In this document: positions 18,475 through 30,732 of the stretch, piece by piece
Layout: each line of letters opens with the position of its first letter
Numbering within the stretch: position 1 is the first letter of the stretch
Assembly: GCA_963753975.1 (NCBI GenBank)
Contig: CAVWEH010000005.1
Span: 448,001 to 512,000 of the forward strand
Direction: 5' to 3'
Source of the DNA: an uncultured delta proteobacterium
GTDB lineage: Bacteria; Desulfobacterota; Syntrophia; Syntrophales; Smithellaceae
Length of the DNA: 64,000 bases
Notes under the pieces: generated by a model
Seen by the model: the letters and a program-made list of their open reading frames with translations, nothing else
Told to the model about the DNA's origin: nothing
Database searches by the model: none
Made by a program: the position numbers and the translations under genes

Positions 18475-19954
18475 TATCAGCGTTCCTTTGCGCAAAGTAA
18501 TCATTCATATGGCCGATGGCCCGCAGGGCTTCAGGAAGTTCGTCAAATACCGGGAGACCTCTCTCCAGAAATTCACGCCGGGCCAGCACTAGCATTTCAG
18601 CGATATCCAAATCATCCCATCCTTTTTTCGGGTTGGGCAAAACGACAACCACCGGCTTACCCGTAATCTTGACCACATCGCGAATGGCGTCGGCCAGCTC
18701 CCGAAAGGGAACAACCTCGGCAACCTTTAAACCCATGGCTGTTGCCATTGTCTTGTAATGGTAAAGAAGAGAGATGATGATTTGCAGATCAACGCGGCTG
18801 TCTTTGCCTGCCTGAAGGAGAATTTCTTTGAGCGTCTGCGGCGGGACAAAGGGATTGGCGACATCAATGGGATTGATAGCGCTGGAACCGGGTTTAGGCA
18901 GAAACTTGCCGATGCTCTCTTGCTGTTCGGCACTGAAAGGCGGCATTTCGATACCCAGAGCTTCAGCAGCATCGCCGGCGCCGACTCCCAGAGCACCACC
19001 GCCGCCGACGACAGAGATTCTTTTAAAAACTCCCGGCGGCAGTAAAGAAAAAGCCAGAGCGGCTTCGGCGAGTTCATTCAGATCCTGTACCCGGATAGCG
19101 TTTACCTGCTGCAGAACGGATTGCCAGATTATACGGATTCCTCCCATCGAAGCCGTATGGCTGGCAACACTCCTGCCACCAACCTTAGAGAGCCCGCCCT
19201 TACAGACGATAACCGGTTTCTTCTTTGCGGCATATTTTATGGACTCGAAGAAGGCATCGCCGTCTTTGATGCCTTCGATATACATACCGATCACTTTTGT
19301 TTCGGGATCATCCGCCAGATATTGCAATAGTTCCGTTTCCCGCAAATCCGCGCCATTGCCGAAGCTGACCACCTTGCTAAACCGAATGCCCATCCATTTT
19401 CCCATATGGGCAAGGTCAATAGCCATGCCTCCGCTTTGAGAAAGAAAAGCCACAGACCCGGTTTGACGCGACAGATCCGGCCCCGGCAGCAATGTTAAAC
19501 CGCTTTGCGGGCAATAGATACCGAAACAATTCGGTCCCACCACCCGGATACCGGCCGCAGCGATTTGCTGAATTTTATTTTCCAGCTCTTTCCCCGCTTG
19601 CGTTCCAAGTTCGCTAAAACCGGCGGAGAGAATCTCGGCTCCTTCAATACCTTTCCGGCGGCAGCCTTCCAGCACTTCCGGCACCAGTTTTGCCGCAACG
19701 GTGATAATGGCAAAGTCGATTTTTCCCGGAATATCTTCCACCTGCCTGTAGATTGGCAATTCGTCTAAATTTCCGCCTTTGGGATTGATCGGAAATATTT
19801 TTCCCTCAAAGCCCATGGCCTTGAGGGCACGAAACATTCCACTGCCGAATCCCGCACGACCGTCTTCCGCAGAAACACCGATGATGGCAATGTTTTGCGG
19901 GTGAAATATTCTTTCAAAATCAGTGGGGATTGCCGGGGAAACAGTTTTTTTCAT
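18464..19954 (-). CDS. ADP-forming acyl-CoA synthetase, CoA-binding (alpha) subunit
   Basis: IAIIGVS, GPNCFG, SQSGG, SHTASM, NPID. Confidence 0.88.
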   Translation of the reverse strand: MKKTVSPAIPTDFERIFHPQNIAIIGVSAEDGRAGFGSGMFRALKAMGFEGKIFPINPKGGNLDELPIYRQVEDIPGKIDFAIITVAAKLVPEVLEGCRRKGIEGAEILSAGFSELGTQAGKELENKIQQIAAAGIRVVGPNCFGIYCPQSGLTLLPGPDLSRQTGSVAFLSQSGGMAIDLAHMGKWMGIRFSKVVSFGNGADLRETELLQYLADDPETKVIGMYIEGIKDGDAFFESIKYAAKKKPVIVCKGGLSKVGGRSVASHTASMGGIRIIWQSVLQQVNAIRVQDLNELAEAALAFSLLPPGVFKRISVVGGGGALGVGAGDAAEALGIEMPPFSAEQQESIGKFLPKPGSSAINPIDVANPFVPPQTLKEILLQAGKDSRVDLQIIISLLYHYKTMATAMGLKVAEVVPFRELADAIRDVVKITGKPVVVVLPNPKKGWDDLDIAEMLVLARREFLERGLPVFDELPEALRAIGHMNDYFAQRNADNEL

Positions 19955-20061
19955 TATTGCAGTTTGTTGCCTTTCATTTTTATGACGAAAAGATAATCCG
20001 CCGGGCAAATGGGCGCGGTTATATGCACCATTGCAATCCCCAGCCGGGTTGAGTGGAAAAG

Positions 20062-21489
20062 CTATTTCATTTCCATACAAAATTTATCAATTTTTTCCGG
20101 GGGAGCGAGGGGGTAATCGCCGGTATAGCAGGCCAGGCAAAAGCAATCTTTATCCATGCCGGTTGCCTTAACCATGCCTTCTACCGTCAGGTAATGCAGG
20201 GAATCCAAACCGATGAATTCGGCAATGGCTTTTTCATTTCCCTTTTTCGCCGCGATCAGTTCTCCCTTAGATGAAAAGTCGATGCCGTAGGGACAAGGAT
20301 AAATTGTCGGTGGACAGCTAATCGCCATATGTATTTCCTTCATCTTTATTCCCCGCAAATTCTGCACACGATTGCGGCTGGTGGTTCCGCGAATTATGGA
20401 ATCTTCGACAATCAAAACTTTTTTCCCGGCCAGGAGCGGCTTTACGGGATTGAGTTTTACCCGCACACCAAAATCGCGCATCGGCTGGGTCGGTTGAATA
20501 AAGGTTCGGCCGACGTAATGATTACGAATCATACCCATCTCGAAAGTAATGCCGCTTTCTTCAGCGTATCCCAGGGCGGCATAGTTTCCCGAATCGGGAA
20601 AGGGCATAACAATATCCACTTTAGGTTTGTATTCACGCGCCAGTTCGTGCCCCAATCTTTTGCGGCATAAATAAACGTTCTGGCCGAAAATTTGGCTGTC
20701 GGGACGGGCAAAATAAATCAACTCGAAAATGCAGTGACATGATTTTACTTTGGGAAACGGTGTCAGACTTTTTAAACCATCTTTATCGATAATAATTATT
20801 TCACCGGGGCTGACATCACGAACATACTGCGCGCCCACCAGATCAAAAGCGCAGGTCTCGGAGGCAACAACCCAATTACCGTTTAGTTTTCCCAGGGCCA
20901 TCGGCCGGAATCCCCGCGGGTCGCGCGCGGCAATAATTTTGTCTCTCGTCAGCATGATGAGACAATAAGCACCTTCCACACGGGAGAGAGCGGCAGTCAA
21001 TGCTTGCTCCAAACCATTTTTTAAATGCGGCGCCATGAGATGAATGATTATTTCGCTGTCCATTGTGGATTGAAAAATAGAACCGCTGTTTTCCAGCTCT
21101 TCACGCAATTTTTGCGCGTTAATAATATTGCCGTTATGCGCCAAAGCATAATACTCATCAGCAAAATGCACCAAGAAGGGCTGGGCATTGGAAAGAGTGG
21201 AAGAACCGGTTGTGGAATAGCGGACATGCCCGATGGCCAGCTTACCCATAAGTTTTTGCAGAGTTGCTTCCTTGAACACCTCGGAAGCGAGCCCCATGCC
21301 CTTGTGTTCAAAAACGCTACAGCCATCGGAGCTCACGATGCCCGCTGATTCCTGCCCGCGATGTTGCAAAGCAAAAAGGCCAAAAAAAGTAATTCTCGCC
21401 GCATCGTCATGCCCATGAATGGCAAACAAACCGCATTCTTCGCGGGGATAGCTAAATTCACCTGATTTTTCTTCGGATAAAGACAACAT
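20062..21489 (-). CDS. purF: Amidophosphoribosyltransferase
   Basis: EECGLF, QHRGQES, GHVRYST, PRPP motif VEDSIIRGTT. Confidence 0.97.
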   Translation of the reverse strand: MLSLSEEKSGEFSYPREECGLFAIHGHDDAARITFFGLFALQHRGQESAGIVSSDGCSVFEHKGMGLASEVFKEATLQKLMGKLAIGHVRYSTTGSSTLSNAQPFLVHFADEYYALAHNGNIINAQKLREELENSGSIFQSTMDSEIIIHLMAPHLKNGLEQALTAALSRVEGAYCLIMLTRDKIIAARDPRGFRPMALGKLNGNWVVASETCAFDLVGAQYVRDVSPGEIIIIDKDGLKSLTPFPKVKSCHCIFELIYFARPDSQIFGQNVYLCRKRLGHELAREYKPKVDIVMPFPDSGNYAALGYAEESGITFEMGMIRNHYVGRTFIQPTQPMRDFGVRVKLNPVKPLLAGKKVLIVEDSIIRGTTSRNRVQNLRGIKMKEIHMAISCPPTIYPCPYGIDFSSKGELIAAKKGNEKAIAEFIGLDSLHYLTVEGMVKATGMDKDCFCLACYTGDYPLAPPEKIDKFCMEMK

Positions 21490-21502
21490 ACAATTTCTCT
21501 TT

Positions 21503-24500
21503 CTATTTTTTTTGATATTCCTGCAATGAACAAACCTGCCAATTTTCTTCTTTTATTGCTGATACGGCTGCACACAGGGCGCGCGCGCCGGCGACGGTCG
21601 TAGTGTAAAGAATGTTATAAATCAGCGCGCCCCGCCTGATATGATAAGCATCCCGCGAAGATTTGCGGCCCATGCTGGTATTAATCACCATTTGGATATC
21701 GCCGTTTTTAATGTAGTCCACAATATGCGGCCGCCCCTCGCTGAGTTTAAAAACGACGCCGGCTTCAATGCCGTGATCCTTTAAGTATTTAGCCGTGCCT
21801 TTCGTAGCTATTATCTTAAAACCCATGTCCTGAAAAGATTCCGCCACTGATACAATCTTATCCTTATGATAATCATTAACGCTGATAAAGATAGTACCTT
21901 TTGTCGGCATTTTGAATCCTGCCGCCATTTGCGATTTGGCAAAGGCCAGACCAAAAGAGTGGTCTATCCCCATAACTTCGCCGGTGGATTTCATTTCCGG
22001 TCCCAGCAGAATATCCACATCCGGAAAACGATTAAAGGGGAAAACAGCTTCTTTGACGGAGATATATTTAGGTTCCGAAGCGGCAGTAAATCCCAACTCT
22101 TTTAGAGATTTACCCAGCATAACTTTGGTGGCGAGCTTGGCCAAAGGCACGCCAATCGCTTTGCTGACAAAAGGAATGGTGCGTGACGCACGGGGATTAA
22201 CCTCCAACACATACAACTTGCCGTCTTTAATGGCATACTGAATATTCATGAGGCCGACGACATTCAATTCTTGCGCCAGCATTTTTGTCTGCTTTTTAAT
22301 CAGTTCCAAAAGAGGAGCAGAAATGGTCATGGACGGCAAAATACAGGCGCTGTCCCCCGAATGGATTCCCGCTTCTTCGATATGTTCCATGATGCCGGCC
22401 ACAACCGTCGTTTCCCCGTCGCTGATCGCGTCTACGTCTATTTCTATGGCATCCTCTAAAAATTTATCAATCAAAATGGGGTGTTCGGGAGAAACAAGTA
22501 ACGCCCTTTCCATGAAGGAACTGAGAGTTTCCGGATCATATACTATCTCCATGGAACGGCCGCCCAGAACATAAGACGGCCGCACCAGCACCGGATAGCC
22601 GATGCGCGAGGCGGCCTGCAGTGCTTTTTCCACATCTCTGGCCGTATCATTATCAGGCTGATTCAGGTTCAGTTTCCGGACAATTTCCTGAAAACGGTCG
22701 CGATCCTCCGCCCGATCGATAGAATCGGGGGATGTTCCCATTATTTTTATTCCGGCCGCCTCCAGACCCTTGGCTAAATTAAGCGGCGTCTGGCCGCCAA
22801 ACTGAGCGATTACTCCTTCGGGTTTTTCCGTTTGTAAAATGTGTAAAACATCTTCCAGCGTTACCGGTTCAAAAAAGAGTTTGTCGGAAGTGTCATAATC
22901 TGTGCTGACTGTTTCCGGATTGGAATTGATCATGATGCTTTCGACACCTTCCTCGCGCAAGGCAAACGAAGCATGCACACAGCAGTAGTCAAATTCAATT
23001 CCCTGGCCGATACGATTGGGACCGCCGCCGATAATCGCCACTTTCCTTTTGGCGGACGGCCGCGTTTCATTTTCCGTTTCATAAGTCGAATAGTAATAAG
23101 GCGTATAGGCTTCGAATTCCGCCGCGCAGGTATCGACAAGCTTATATACCGGGGTGATTTTTTCCCGCTCGCGCCACTGACGAATTTGGAGCTCGGTCAT
23201 TTTCCAGAAAGAAGCCAGCGCCCTATCGGAAAAACCCATTTTCTTTGCTTCCCTGAGCAATTCCACCGATGGCGCAGAATTCTTGAGCTCATCTTCGGCA
23301 TTCACTATCTCTTGAATCTGATGCAAAAACCAGGGATCGATTTTGGTAAGCCGCTGTACTTCTTCTATATCCATACTGTTTTGTAAAGCTGCAGCAATGT
23401 AAAACAGCCTTAAAGAATTGGGTCTGAGAAGTTTGTTTTTTAGAAATTCGGTTTTATCCTTCAAATCAGCAGGCAGATTCTGATCAAGACTGAAGCGCCC
23501 GATTTCCAGGGAACGAATCGCTTTTTGCAGGGATTCTTTGAAAGTGCGGCCGATAGCCATGGTCTCGCCGACGGATTTCATGGAGGTAGTCAAGAAATCG
23601 TCCGCTTGAGGAAATTTTTCAAATGTCCAACGGGGAATTTTCACAACACAGTAATCTATCGTCGGCTCAAAAGAAGCCATCGTCTCGCGGGTAATGTCGT
23701 TGGGAATTTCGTCCAGCGTGTAGCCGACGGCAAGTTTTGCGGCTATTTTGGCGATAGGAAAGCCCGTGGCTTTCGAAGCGAGCGCCGACGAGCGCGAAAC
23801 ACGGGGATTCATTTCGATGACAACCAATTCACCGGTTTGTGGATGCACTGCAAACTGGACATTGGACCCGCCTGTTTCTACGCCTATTTCCCGCATAATG
23901 GCGATGGCGGCGTCCCGCATGATTTGATATTCTTTATCGGTCAGAGTTTGTGCCGGCGCAACGGTAATCGATTCACCGGTATGCACTCCCATTGAATCGA
24001 AATTTTCAATGGAACAAATAATGACGACATTATCGGCTTTGTCGCGCATCACTTCCAGTTCATATTCCTTCCATCCCAAAACCGATTCTTCAATCATAAC
24101 TTCGGAAATCATGCTCGCATCCAAGCCGCCTTTGGCTATTTCCATTAACTCCTTGCGGTTATAAGCCACACCGCTGCCGGTTCCGCCCAGTGTAAAGGAA
24201 GGCCGTATAATAAGAGGAAATCCAATTTCATCGCCAATTTTTAAAACATCACTGAGGGAGCGGGCAAAACCGCTCTTGGGTACTCGCAAGCCGATGTGCT
24301 CCATCGCATGCCGGAATTTTTCACGATCTTCCGCTTTATGGATAACGTTGAGCGACGCCCCGATCATTTCCACATTGTATTTTTTCAGCACGCCGGCCTC
24401 GGCTACCGCTACGGCTGTGTTCAATCCTGTTTGTCCGCCTAAAGTAGGGAGCAGCGCGTCCGGCCGCTCGCGGGCAATAATCTTTTCCACCGCTTCGGCT

Positions 24501-24709
24501 GTAATGGGTTCAATGTAGGTTCTATCAGCCATTTCCGGATCGGTCATGATCGTAGCCGGATTGCTGTTAATTAAAACAACCTTGTAGCCTTCTTCCCGCA
24601 AAGCTTTACAAGCTTGAGTCCCGGAGTAATCAAATTCACAGGCCTGGCTGATGATAATCGGCCCTGAGCCGATGAGGAGAATCTTTTTTAAATCTGTTCG
24701 TTTTGGCAT
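21503..24709 (-). CDS. carB: Carbamoyl-phosphate synthase large subunit
   Basis: [23 protein letters not shown], duplicated ATP-grasp domains, MGS domain. Confidence 0.98.
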   Translation of the reverse strand: MPKRTDLKKILLIGSGPIIISQACEFDYSGTQACKALREEGYKVVLINSNPATIMTDPEMADRTYIEPITAEAVEKIIARERPDALLPTLGGQTGLNTAVAVAEAGVLKKYNVEMIGASLNVIHKAEDREKFRHAMEHIGLRVPKSGFARSLSDVLKIGDEIGFPLIIRPSFTLGGTGSGVAYNRKELMEIAKGGLDASMISEVMIEESVLGWKEYELEVMRDKADNVVIICSIENFDSMGVHTGESITVAPAQTLTDKEYQIMRDAAIAIMREIGVETGGSNVQFAVHPQTGELVVIEMNPRVSRSSALASKATGFPIAKIAAKLAVGYTLDEIPNDITRETMASFEPTIDYCVVKIPRWTFEKFPQADDFLTTSMKSVGETMAIGRTFKESLQKAIRSLEIGRFSLDQNLPADLKDKTEFLKNKLLRPNSLRLFYIAAALQNSMDIEEVQRLTKIDPWFLHQIQEIVNAEDELKNSAPSVELLREAKKMGFSDRALASFWKMTELQIRQWREREKITPVYKLVDTCAAEFEAYTPYYYSTYETENETRPSAKRKVAIIGGGPNRIGQGIEFDYCCVHASFALREEGVESIMINSNPETVSTDYDTSDKLFFEPVTLEDVLHILQTEKPEGVIAQFGGQTPLNLAKGLEAAGIKIMGTSPDSIDRAEDRDRFQEIVRKLNLNQPDNDTARDVEKALQAASRIGYPVLVRPSYVLGGRSMEIVYDPETLSSFMERALLVSPEHPILIDKFLEDAIEIDVDAISDGETTVVAGIMEHIEEAGIHSGDSACILPSMTISAPLLELIKKQTKMLAQELNVVGLMNIQYAIKDGKLYVLEVNPRASRTIPFVSKAIGVPLAKLATKVMLGKSLKELGFTAASEPKYISVKEAVFPFNRFPDVDILLGPEMKSTGEVMGIDHSFGLAFAKSQMAAGFKMPTKGTIFISVNDYHKDKIVSVAESFQDMGFKIIATKGTAKYLKDHGIEAGVVFKLSEGRPHIVDYIKNGDIQMVINTSMGRKSSRDAYHIRRGALIYNILYTTTVAGARALCAAVSAIKEENWQVCSLQEYQKK

Positions 24710-24804
24710 ATGCTATAAATCATCTTACGTTCGGGGGCGAATTTCATTCTGCGATCTTTCTCAAATGTCTTAAAGATCTTTCTTCTCTTCCAGCCCCTCA
24801 CCCC

Positions 24805-24989
24805 GGCGATGTTATGGCGCATAGAGTTGCGAATGGAAGCTTTTCCCAGGGAACCCTATCTGCGCAACGAAACGTCCGCCGGGTCGTATGTTTGAGCGCC
24901 GGAAGCGCGAGTTTGCGAACCGGCAGTGGAGCAAGCAGATACGGGGTCGGAAAAAGATTTTGATCAGCGCTGTGCGCCGGCACATCGCC
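24805..24989. repeat. ~185-bp rod-like palindrome (MITE-like) between guaA and carB
   Basis: Nested complementary arms ggcgatgt/acatcgcc, ggcgcatag/ctgtgcgcc, tatctgc/gcagata, gccgggtcgta/tgcgaaccggc. Confidence 0.65.
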
Positions 24990-24995
24990 TACCTC

Positions 24996-26528
24996 TCATT
25001 CCCACTCGATTGTGCTGGGCGGTTTGGAACTGATATCGTAAACAACACGGTTGACACCGCGCACTTCGTTAATAATGCGGTTGGAAATACGCGCCAGAAG
25101 ATCATGCGGCAAATGCGCCCAGTCGGCAGTCATAGCGTCCTCGCTGGTTACGGCGCGGATGGCCAGAATATTTTCGTAAGTACGCTCATCGCCCATTATC
25201 CCCACACTCTTCAGAGGGAGCAGGATGGCAAAAGACTGCCAAAGTTTGTAATAAAGTTTATTCGCGCGGATTTCTTCGAGCAGAATCGTATCCGCTTGGC
25301 GCAATACGGACAATCTCCGTGTTGTTACCTCACCGATGATGCGAATAGCCAGGCCGGGCCCCGGAAAGGGCTGCCGCCAGACGACATCATCGGCAAGACC
25401 CAGCTCTTTTCCCAGAAGCCGGACTTCATCTTTGAAAAGATGTTTGAGCGGCTCGATGAGCCGAAGGTTCATTTTTTTCGGCAGGCCCCCAACGTTATGG
25501 TGCGATTTGATGACGGCGCTGGGGCCGCCGAAAGCGGAGCGCGACTCGATTAAATCGGGATAAAGAGTCCCCTGCGCCAGAAATTTAACATTCTCGATTT
25601 TATGCGCTTCTTTGTCAAAAACCTCGATAAAAGTGCGGCCGATAATCTTCCGTTTCTTTTCCGGATCGGTTACCCCCTTCAATCGTTTAAGAAACAGCTT
25701 CCCGGAACGGGCAAAGCGCAAATTTATGCGTAAATACTTTTTTTTAAACATTTCTATTACACGTCCGGCTTCTCCTTCGCGCAAAACGCCGTTATCGACA
25801 AAAACGCAGGTTAAGTTTTCCCCTATGGCTCTGTGCAGCAAAACGGCGGCCACGGAAGAATCAACGCCACCGGAAAGGCCCAGGATTACTTTTTCCGAGC
25901 CAACCTGATTTTTAATATCCTCAATTGCGCGTTCAGCAAATGATTTCATCGACCAGGTTTTTTTACAGCCGCAGATGTTGAATAAAAAGTTCGCCAATAT
26001 TTTTTTGCCCGCGTGGGTATGGACAACTTCCGGATGGAATTGCAGACCATAAAAGCGGTTTTGGGAGTCTTCCGCCGCCGCGATAGGCGCATTTTCCGTG
26101 GAGGCGGTAACGACGAATCCGGCCGGCAGCCGGCCGATCTTGTCGCCATGGCTCATCCAGCATTGAGTTTTATCCTCGACGCCTTTAAGAATTCCCTGCT
26201 TCTTTGTTATCAAAAGTTCGGCAAAACCGTACTCCCGCTTTGCGGCACGCTCCACTTTCCCGCCTAAAGCGTCAACCATGTATTGAAGGCCGTAACAAAT
26301 GCCCAGCACCGGAATGCCAAGTTTGAAAATGCCGGTGTCCACGCGCGGTGCGCCTTTACTGTAGATGCTTGCGGGACCGCCCGAAAGAATTATTCCTTCC
26401 GGGTTTATGGCTTTGATTGCGGAAAGCGAAATACCAGGCGGCTCGATTTGACAATATACATGATTATCCCGCACGCGGCGGGCAATCAGCTGATTATACT
26501 GCGAGCCGAAATCGATTATTAAGATCAT
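24996..26528 (-). CDS. guaA: GMP synthase (glutamine-hydrolysing)
   Basis: [32 protein letters not shown]. Confidence 0.98.
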   Translation of the reverse strand: MILIIDFGSQYNQLIARRVRDNHVYCQIEPPGISLSAIKAINPEGIILSGGPASIYSKGAPRVDTGIFKLGIPVLGICYGLQYMVDALGGKVERAAKREYGFAELLITKKQGILKGVEDKTQCWMSHGDKIGRLPAGFVVTASTENAPIAAAEDSQNRFYGLQFHPEVVHTHAGKKILANFLFNICGCKKTWSMKSFAERAIEDIKNQVGSEKVILGLSGGVDSSVAAVLLHRAIGENLTCVFVDNGVLREGEAGRVIEMFKKKYLRINLRFARSGKLFLKRLKGVTDPEKKRKIIGRTFIEVFDKEAHKIENVKFLAQGTLYPDLIESRSAFGGPSAVIKSHHNVGGLPKKMNLRLIEPLKHLFKDEVRLLGKELGLADDVVWRQPFPGPGLAIRIIGEVTTRRLSVLRQADTILLEEIRANKLYYKLWQSFAILLPLKSVGIMGDERTYENILAIRAVTSEDAMTADWAHLPHDLLARISNRIINEVRGVNRVVYDISSKPPSTIEWE

Positions 26529-27667
26529 GCGGCTTTCCGCCTTTCTTCCCGCAGCATCCGGATAAACTCCTCAAATAAATAATCCGTATCATGCGGCCCG
26601 GGCGACGCTTCCGGATGGTATTGTACGCTCATCGTCAAAGGCATCTTCATACCTTCGGAGGTTGCATCGTTTAAGTTGCCAAAGGTTTCTTTCGCTTTAT
26701 TTTTTACCGATTCGGGCACAACAACGAAGCCATGATTCTGGGAAGTGATTTCAATCCGTCCGGTATCTATATTTTTTACCGGCTGATTGATGCCGTGATG
26801 GCCGAATTTCAACTTACAGGTATAACCGCCGATTGCCTGGCCGATTATTTGATGTCCCAAACAAATGCCGAATATGGGAAGCTTCCCGACCAGTGCGCGG
26901 GATGTCTCCACAATATAAGGCAGGGCCGCCGGATCGCCGGGACCGTTGGAAAGCAAAACTCCATCAGGCTGATAGGAAAGAACCTGCTTAGCCGAATAAA
27001 ATGCCGGTACAACAATGACTTGGCAACTCTTGTTTTCTAAAAGCCGTAAAATATTGTATTTAACGCCGCAATCGAGCACAACAACCCGCAATTTTTTGCC
27101 GGGCTTGGTAACGGGAATTTTACCTGTAAAGGCTTTGCCTTTCCTCCATAGATAGGGTTTGGTGCAGCTTACTTCGCGAACTAAATCACGTCCGACAAGT
27201 CCGGGATATGCCTTCACTCGCTGAAGAAGCAATTCAATATCTTTTGTTTTTGTGGAAATGATGCCTTTCATCGCGCCGGAAAGACGCAGGCGACGGGTCA
27301 GGGCACGGGTATCGATTCCCTCCAGGCCGATTTTCCCGTGTTGTTCCAGAAAAGATTTCAAGCTTTGACGCATCCGCCAATTGCTAGGATTAGACTGGTA
27401 TTCTTTAACGATGAATCCTTCCAGATGAATTCCAGACGATTCCATGTCCTCTTCATTAATGCCGTAATTGCCGACCAGAGGATAGGTCATTGTCACAATC
27501 TGCCCTTTATATGAAGGATCGGTAATGACTTCCTGATAGCCGGTCATACCCGTATTAAAAACGACCTCGCCCATGGTTTCGCCGCTTCCCGTGAAGGCGA
27601 AACCTTCAAAAACACCGCCGTCTTCCAAAACCAGCAAAGCTTTAGGCTCTCTATTTAACAGGGGCAT
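26525..27667 (-). CDS. carA: Carbamoyl-phosphate synthase small subunit
   Basis: [38 protein letters not shown]. Confidence 0.98.
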   Translation of the reverse strand: MPLLNREPKALLVLEDGGVFEGFAFTGSGETMGEVVFNTGMTGYQEVITDPSYKGQIVTMTYPLVGNYGINEEDMESSGIHLEGFIVKEYQSNPSNWRMRQSLKSFLEQHGKIGLEGIDTRALTRRLRLSGAMKGIISTKTKDIELLLQRVKAYPGLVGRDLVREVSCTKPYLWRKGKAFTGKIPVTKPGKKLRVVVLDCGVKYNILRLLENKSCQVIVVPAFYSAKQVLSYQPDGVLLSNGPGDPAALPYIVETSRALVGKLPIFGICLGHQIIGQAIGGYTCKLKFGHHGINQPVKNIDTGRIEITSQNHGFVVVPESVKNKAKETFGNLNDATSEGMKMPLTMSVQYHPEASPGPHDTDYLFEEFIRMLREERRKAA

Positions 27668-27803
27668 TTTTTTGCTTTACCTCCGGACAAAAACATCCTT
27701 CAGTGTTTCATCAACCGTTAAAGATTTTATGAGACCGAAAGGGGGTAGATCATTGGTTGCTGATAACAAGCAGTTCCCTTTCTTATACTTTACAGGCGGG
27801 AGG

Positions 27804-27832
27804 GTTCTAACTTTTTTTTCCGGCTACGTCAA
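27804..27832 (-). promoter_or_regulatory. Putative sigma70 promoter of carA-guaA-carB-purF
   Basis: TTGACG-17 nt-TAGAAC on the minus strand. Confidence 0.45.
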
Positions 27833-27843
27833 TCATTAAAGAT

Positions 27844-27871
27844 GTAGGGAACGGCCGCTACCGTTCCCTAC
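27844..27871. repeat. GTAG-type REP-like hairpin
   Basis: GTAGGGAACGG-CCGCTA-CCGTTCCCTAC; perfect 11-bp arms just after the GSIII stop codon. Confidence 0.7.
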
Positions 27872-27884
27872 CCACTTGTATCAT

Positions 27885-30056
27885 CTAACTAATAAAAAGC
27901 ATTTCCCAAAACTTAGGCAGCGGCCACAATTCATCATCCACCAAAACTTCAAGTTCATCGACGTATTCGCGAAGTCCATCCATTTTTGTTTTTACTTTGG
28001 CGCAAAGCATATCGGCTTTTTTTGCCTCGTCATGAATTGCAGATGCCGCTTCGACTTTGGAAAGAATTTCTTTATTAGTCGAATAGATTTTATTAATCAA
28101 TCCTACAATCTTTTTTAAAATTTCTATCTCTGCGGAGAGAGCAACCGATTTGCCCAGCGCGTCTTTTGTCGCATTCATGGCTTTGGCAAGTATTTTCTGA
28201 TATGCGGACGCGGCCGGAATTACCTGGCTCATGCAGATATTATTGAGGCATTTGACTTCTATCTCCAGATCTTTAATGTATTTCTCTATGTAGATCAAAT
28301 ATCTGGATTTGAGCTCGACTTTCGAAAGAACTTTATATTTTTCAAAGAGGTTCAGTGCCTTATCAGTAATCAGAGCTTTGAGCGCAACGGGTGAAGTTTT
28401 ATAATTCGGCAGCCCTCGTTTACCTGCTTCCGCTTCCCATTCTTTGGTATAGTTGTCGCCATTGAATAATACGGGCTTTATATCTTTGATCTCAGTTTTC
28501 AAAACCTCAAAGACGGCCTGATTAATATTTTTGACGTCTTTTGCTTTAATCTTTTCGGCCAGATAATCGAGACTTTCAGCAACGATAGTATTGAGTACTG
28601 TCGCGGGAAAAGAAATTGACTGCGATGAGCCGACAGCTCGGAACTCAAACTTATTGCCGGTAAACGCAAACGGCGACGTTCTGTTGCGATCAGTATTATC
28701 TTTGCTTACCAGCGGTAGTGAGGAAATCCCCAGATCGATAATTTCGGCGTTCGTGGCCTCGGTCACTATTCCTTTTTCAATGTTGGTCAGAATATTAGTG
28801 AGTTGATCGCCGAGAAATACGGAGATAATGGCAGGCGGCGCTTCGTTGGCGCCGAGCCGATGATCATTGGCATAAGTAGCAACTGATGCCCGGAGGATAT
28901 CAGCATTCTTATAGACGGCACGAACAGCGGCAATTAGAAAAACGAGAAATGCGATGTTATCATGAGGAGTTTTTCCGGGATTTAATAGATTGTTCCCGTT
29001 GTTGTCGGAAAGTGACCAATTAACATGCTTCCCTGATCCATTTATTTTCGCGAAAGGCTTTTCGTGGAGTAAACACGCAAGGTTATGTTTTTTCGCCACC
29101 GACTTCATTGTGTCCATAACGATTTGGTTATGATCGACTGCCAGGTTTGCTTCCTCAAATACGGGAGCAATTTCGAACTGGGAAGGTGCTACTTCATTGT
29201 GCCTGGTTTTGGCCGGAACGCCGAGTTTAAAGAGTTCCTCTTCCACATCGTGCATATACGAAGACATTCTTTCCTTGATGCTGCCGAAATATTGGTCTTC
29301 CAACTCCTGACCTTTAGCCGGAGGCGCTCCGACAATAGTTCGGCCGCCGAGCACGAGATCCTGGCGTTTGAAAAAATAATCCATATCAATCAAAAAATAT
29401 TCTTGTTCCGGACCCAAAGTAGCGTAAACCCTTTTAATATTTTTGTTGCCTAGGAGCTTCAGCATATTCAATGCGCTGATGTTGACCGCTCTATTCGATC
29501 TTAGTAGCGGTGTCTTCTTGTCCAGAGCCTCGCCCGTATAAGAAATAAAAGCGGTCGGAATGCACAGAGTTGTCGAAATGCCGTTTCTTCGAATAAAAGC
29601 GGGTGAAGACATGTCCCAGGCGGTGTAACCTCTCGCTTCAAATGTCGCCCGAATGCCGCCGGACGGGAAACTGGATGCATCAGGCTCACCTTGAACAAGC
29701 TGTTTACCGGAGAACCTCTCCACAACATCGCCGATTCCGGACGGATCGGCAAAGGCGTCGTGCTTCTCGGCTGTAATACCGGTCATCGGCTGGAACCAGT
29801 GAGCAAAATGAGTGGCTCCTTTTTCCAATGCCCATTCCTTCATGGCATGAGCAACGATATCCGCCGTCTCCAGATCCAAAATCTTGTCTTCATTGATCGC
29901 GTCCATTAGTTTTTTATATGCACTTTTCGGCAACTTCTCTTTCATTACCTTATAACTGAAAGTATCTTCGCCGTAGTATTCAGATACGGGAACGAATTTC
30001 TCTTTCTCGATTGAGTAGCTTCTTTCCGACGCGATCATTAGTCTTGTTTTTTTCAT
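27885..30056 (-). CDS. glnA: Glutamine synthetase type III
   Basis: 723 aa; [26 protein letters not shown]-like motif, [32 protein letters not shown]. Confidence 0.93.
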   Translation of the reverse strand: MKKTRLMIASERSYSIEKEKFVPVSEYYGEDTFSYKVMKEKLPKSAYKKLMDAINEDKILDLETADIVAHAMKEWALEKGATHFAHWFQPMTGITAEKHDAFADPSGIGDVVERFSGKQLVQGEPDASSFPSGGIRATFEARGYTAWDMSSPAFIRRNGISTTLCIPTAFISYTGEALDKKTPLLRSNRAVNISALNMLKLLGNKNIKRVYATLGPEQEYFLIDMDYFFKRQDLVLGGRTIVGAPPAKGQELEDQYFGSIKERMSSYMHDVEEELFKLGVPAKTRHNEVAPSQFEIAPVFEEANLAVDHNQIVMDTMKSVAKKHNLACLLHEKPFAKINGSGKHVNWSLSDNNGNNLLNPGKTPHDNIAFLVFLIAAVRAVYKNADILRASVATYANDHRLGANEAPPAIISVFLGDQLTNILTNIEKGIVTEATNAEIIDLGISSLPLVSKDNTDRNRTSPFAFTGNKFEFRAVGSSQSISFPATVLNTIVAESLDYLAEKIKAKDVKNINQAVFEVLKTEIKDIKPVLFNGDNYTKEWEAEAGKRGLPNYKTSPVALKALITDKALNLFEKYKVLSKVELKSRYLIYIEKYIKDLEIEVKCLNNICMSQVIPAASAYQKILAKAMNATKDALGKSVALSAEIEILKKIVGLINKIYSTNKEILSKVEAASAIHDEAKKADMLCAKVKTKMDGLREYVDELEVLVDDELWPLPKFWEMLFIS

Positions 30057-30153
30057 AATTTCTCCATTAATTTACTATAGTATTTTATAATTTATTCCAT
30101 CTATCAGGGCTCGGCGGCACCAAAAGTATCCCGAGCCTAAGTCAGTGAGATAG

Positions 30154-30169
30154 TGCGAAAAACATGCCG
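30154..30169 (-). promoter_or_regulatory. Sigma54 promoter of the GSIII gene
   Basis: Minus strand CGGCATGTTTTTCGCA, GG-N10-GC. Confidence 0.65.
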
Positions 30170-30626
30170 TGTAAAGCGATCGTATTTATATCTCAGATCA
30201 ATTTGCATTCGTCAGCCCACCTTTGTTGAATATTGATAACATCCCGATACGTAGAGATATTCAATTAGTATGCGCACCTGCCCATAGTCAACAAAGGCCT
30301 TGAATCTTTAGTACCCGATGGATAAAATAAGATAATCAATAAAAAACAATTGATATTGATCGATCTTTACTATAAGTAAGACAAACTTTAACTTACTATA
30401 GCGAACAATATTGTGTTATCAATAGCGGAAAAAAAACATTATTGCAACAATTTATTCGGCGACTTTCTCTTGATTTGTCTTCCCGAACTTAATTGAATCA
30501 ATATGAAGTTTTTTTGTATCTTAGATGAATTATTTTTGTTGTTCTATGGTTGACATATTTAAACATTTCTCGGTTTCTATTGAATATGGAATCCATTTCG
30601 AGGTTATTGTTTATTCACAATTTTTG

Positions 30627-30643
30627 TTGGCACTTATATTGCT
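30627..30643 (+). promoter_or_regulatory. Sigma54 promoter of the glutamate synthase operon
   Basis: TTGGCACTTATATTGCT, near-consensus -24/-12. Confidence 0.85.
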
Positions 30644-30732
30644 ATATAACCCTCGCTACAATATATATTTTCCCCGTTGCATCACGAGTAACGAGGTCTA
30701 AATATTATAGTTACGGAAGAGATATATAAGGT

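Noticed and set aside
24888..25553. Long antisense ORFs (also 35927..36547, 46874..47560, 52767..53582, 1915..2529)
   Set aside because: Shadows of conserved genes on the opposite strand with no recognisable motifs
27668..27803. Known riboswitch or PyrR site in the carA leader
   Set aside because: A gaaaggg/ccctttc hairpin is present, but no recognisable PyrR, purine, ZTP or ykkC consensus
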